DNA from: Octopus vulgaris | Lineage: Eukaryota | DNA length: 64,000 nt | NCBI GenBank assembly: GCA_951406725.2 | Contig: OX597841.1 | Span: 14,074,001-14,138,000 of the forward strand | Direction: 5' to 3' | Part shown: positions 61,851 to 64,000 of the stretch, in pieces | How positions within the stretch are numbered: position 1 is the first letter of the stretch | How the letters are laid out: every line of letters starts with the position of its first letter | Made by a program: the position numbers and the translations under genes | The notes under the pieces: generated by a model | What the model was told of the DNA's origin: nothing | Database searches by the model: none | What the model saw: only the letters and a program-made list of their open reading frames with translations

Positions 61851-63684
61851 GGAGGCTTTCACAAAGTTTCTGCCTGCCACATTCTAATCCCCAATTTTTG
61901 GTAAATGGCATTTTTTCGTTCCAAGGTTTCCTGCAGAGGAATTGAACCAGAGACCCTGTATTAGCACAGCTGAATTCTTCAGAATACTCAACCATACTGG
62001 TGCTGGCAAATCATTTTGTCCAATTCTCTACTGATTCTAACATATATTAATCCTTTTTCTTTTTGTAAATTTTGCTTGTTCAGCCTGGAAGAAAAGGGCA
62101 GTGCCAATGACCCCTGCAGGCCTTTAGGGACCAGTTACCTCAATGTCCTTAACACTTACATTTCCATATTTCTGTTGAAAAAACCCTGCCTTTGTTTTAA
62201 TTAATTTTGAAAACAACGAAGTGATTAGTAAAATAACTTTGTTAATTATTAATCTGGTGTTTGGAATTTCGAGAGAAGGTTTTTAGCTTAGATCACTTTA
62301 ACCCTTTTGTTACCCTATTTGTGTTGAAATCCTCCGACTTTGTTTCAATTCATTTTGGAACTCTTTACTCTTTTACTTGTTTCAGTCATTTGACTGCGGC
62401 CATGCTGGAGCACCGCTTTTAGTCGAGCAAATCGACCCCAGGACTTATTCTTTGTAAGCCCAGTACTTATTCTATCGGTCTCTTTTGCCGAACCGCTAAG
62501 TGATGGGGATCTAAACACACCAGCATCGGTTGTCAAGCAATGCTAGGGGGACAACCACAGACACACAAACACACACACGCATACATATATATATACATAT
62601 ATACGACAGGCTTCTTTTCAGTTTCTGTCTACCAAATCCACTCACAAGGCATTGGTCGGCCCGGGGCTATAGCAGAAGACACTTGCCCCAGGTGCCACGC
62701 AGTGGGACTGAACCCGGAACCATGTGGTTGGTTAGCAAGCTACTTACCACACAGCCACTCCTGTGCCTAATGAAGAAATTATTAAACTGACTTTGTCGTT
62801 ATTAATCTGGTGTTTGGGACATGAATTGGCATGGAATTGTGATGAAGGTTTTAAGTTCAATCATGTTAAAACAGGAAATTTGTGTTCTAGAACTAGGGGG
62901 TGTTTGCAAGCCTGTAGGAACTGGAGTGGCTGTGTGGTAAGAAGCCTGATTCTCAACCACATGGTTCCAGGTTCAGTCCCACTGTGGCACCTTGGGCAAG
63001 TGTCTTCTACTATAGCCACCGGCCGACCAAAGCCTTGTGAGTGGATTTGGTAGACGGAAACTGAAAGAAGCCCGCCGTGTGTGTGTTCATCATAGAGTGG
63101 GCTGAGTGCTTTTTAAGTGGCACCAACACAGGCGAGGTCAGTTTTGGCATGGTTTTTACATCTGGATGTCCTTCCAAATGCCAACCACTTTGTAGTGTGG
63201 ACTGGGTGCTTTTTAAGTGGCACCTGCACTGACAGGGTCACCAAGTAACTGGCAAGACAAAGATCCTTTGTGAGGGGAGGGGCCATTGGAAGAGGGGATC
63301 TTGTGTCGGATGATGAAAGGGTAAAGTGAGACAGAAACAGGTGTTTTGCTGTAGGGGAGGTTCATGGTTACCCAGCCAGAGAGAAGGGGTGGGGGAGAAA
63401 GAGGGCAGGTTAAATGAGTCACATTCAAATTGATTTTGTGATGCACTTAAAGAGGCACAGTCTAAAAGCCTCGGCTCTAAACAATAGCCTATTCTAAGAC
63501 AAGTGCCATAAAGTGACACATTTTTTGTGTTGGTGAGGTGTGTGGTTGGTTATATCAAGTGCAGGACCTAAGTGGTACTTATGGACAAAACAGGCATAAG
63601 TGTGGCTGTGTGGTAAGAAGTTTCCTTCCCAACCACACGATTCTGGGTTCAATCCCACTGCATGGCACCTTGGCAAAGTTTCTT

Positions 63685-64000
63685 CCTCTCTCGGCAGGAA
63701 TTGTCCCACTCTCGGCAGGAATCGTCCCTCTTTCAGCTGGAATTGTCCCTCTCTCGGCAGGAATTGTCCCTCTCTCGGCAGGAATTGTCCCTCTTTCAGC
63801 AGGAATTGTCCCTCTCTCGGCAGGAATTGTCCCTCTCTCGGCAGGAATTGTCCCTCTCTTGGTAGGAATTGTCCCTCCCTCGGCAGGAATTGTCCCTCTC
63901 TCGGCAGGAATTGTCCCTCTCTCGGCAGGAATTGTCCCACTCACGGCAGGAATTGTCCCACTCTCGGCAAGAATTGTACAACTCTCGGCAGGAATTGTCC
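63685..64000. repeat. Second array of the same 21-bp minisatellite (runs off the window)
   Basis: Same unit as 61484-61850. Confidence 0.92.

Noticed and set aside
61427-61945. Heptad-repeat protein ORFs (LGRNCPS / PREGQFL)
   Set aside because: All frames are products of a 21-bp minisatellite; no splice or codon evidence for coding.

Overview
Eukaryotic, very repeat-rich genomic DNA. The SINE families and microsatellite load point to a cephalopod, most likely Octopus. One protein-coding gene can be reconstructed by hand: a carnitine O-palmitoyltransferase 1 (CPT1)-family gene on the minus strand. It has 16 GT-AG, phase-consistent coding exons between 31631 and the stop at 3693, giving about 727 aa, with two TM segments, the catalytic EHSYADAP motif and the [11 protein letters not shown] and GGGFGPV motifs. 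The first ~45-aa coding exon was not located. The rest of the window is SINEs, LINE 3' fragments (RTE-, CR1/L2-like), a decayed Tc1 transposase, MITEs, mini/microsatellites, a rearranged tRNA-Cys pseudogene and a 100-N gap. Nearly all other ORF-track entries are repeat artefacts. The main unexpected signal is a set of at least five unrelated short elements, each carrying a minimal type I hammerhead-ribozyme fold with a palindromic stem III. Several have non-canonical cores (GUGAACA = swapped G3-C8 pair, CCGACGA, CUGUCGA). They are usually arranged as back-to-back inverted pairs next to (TA)n runs, and one decayed copy is linked to a Penelope-like GIY-YIG remnant. All structures are read by eye and activity is untested.
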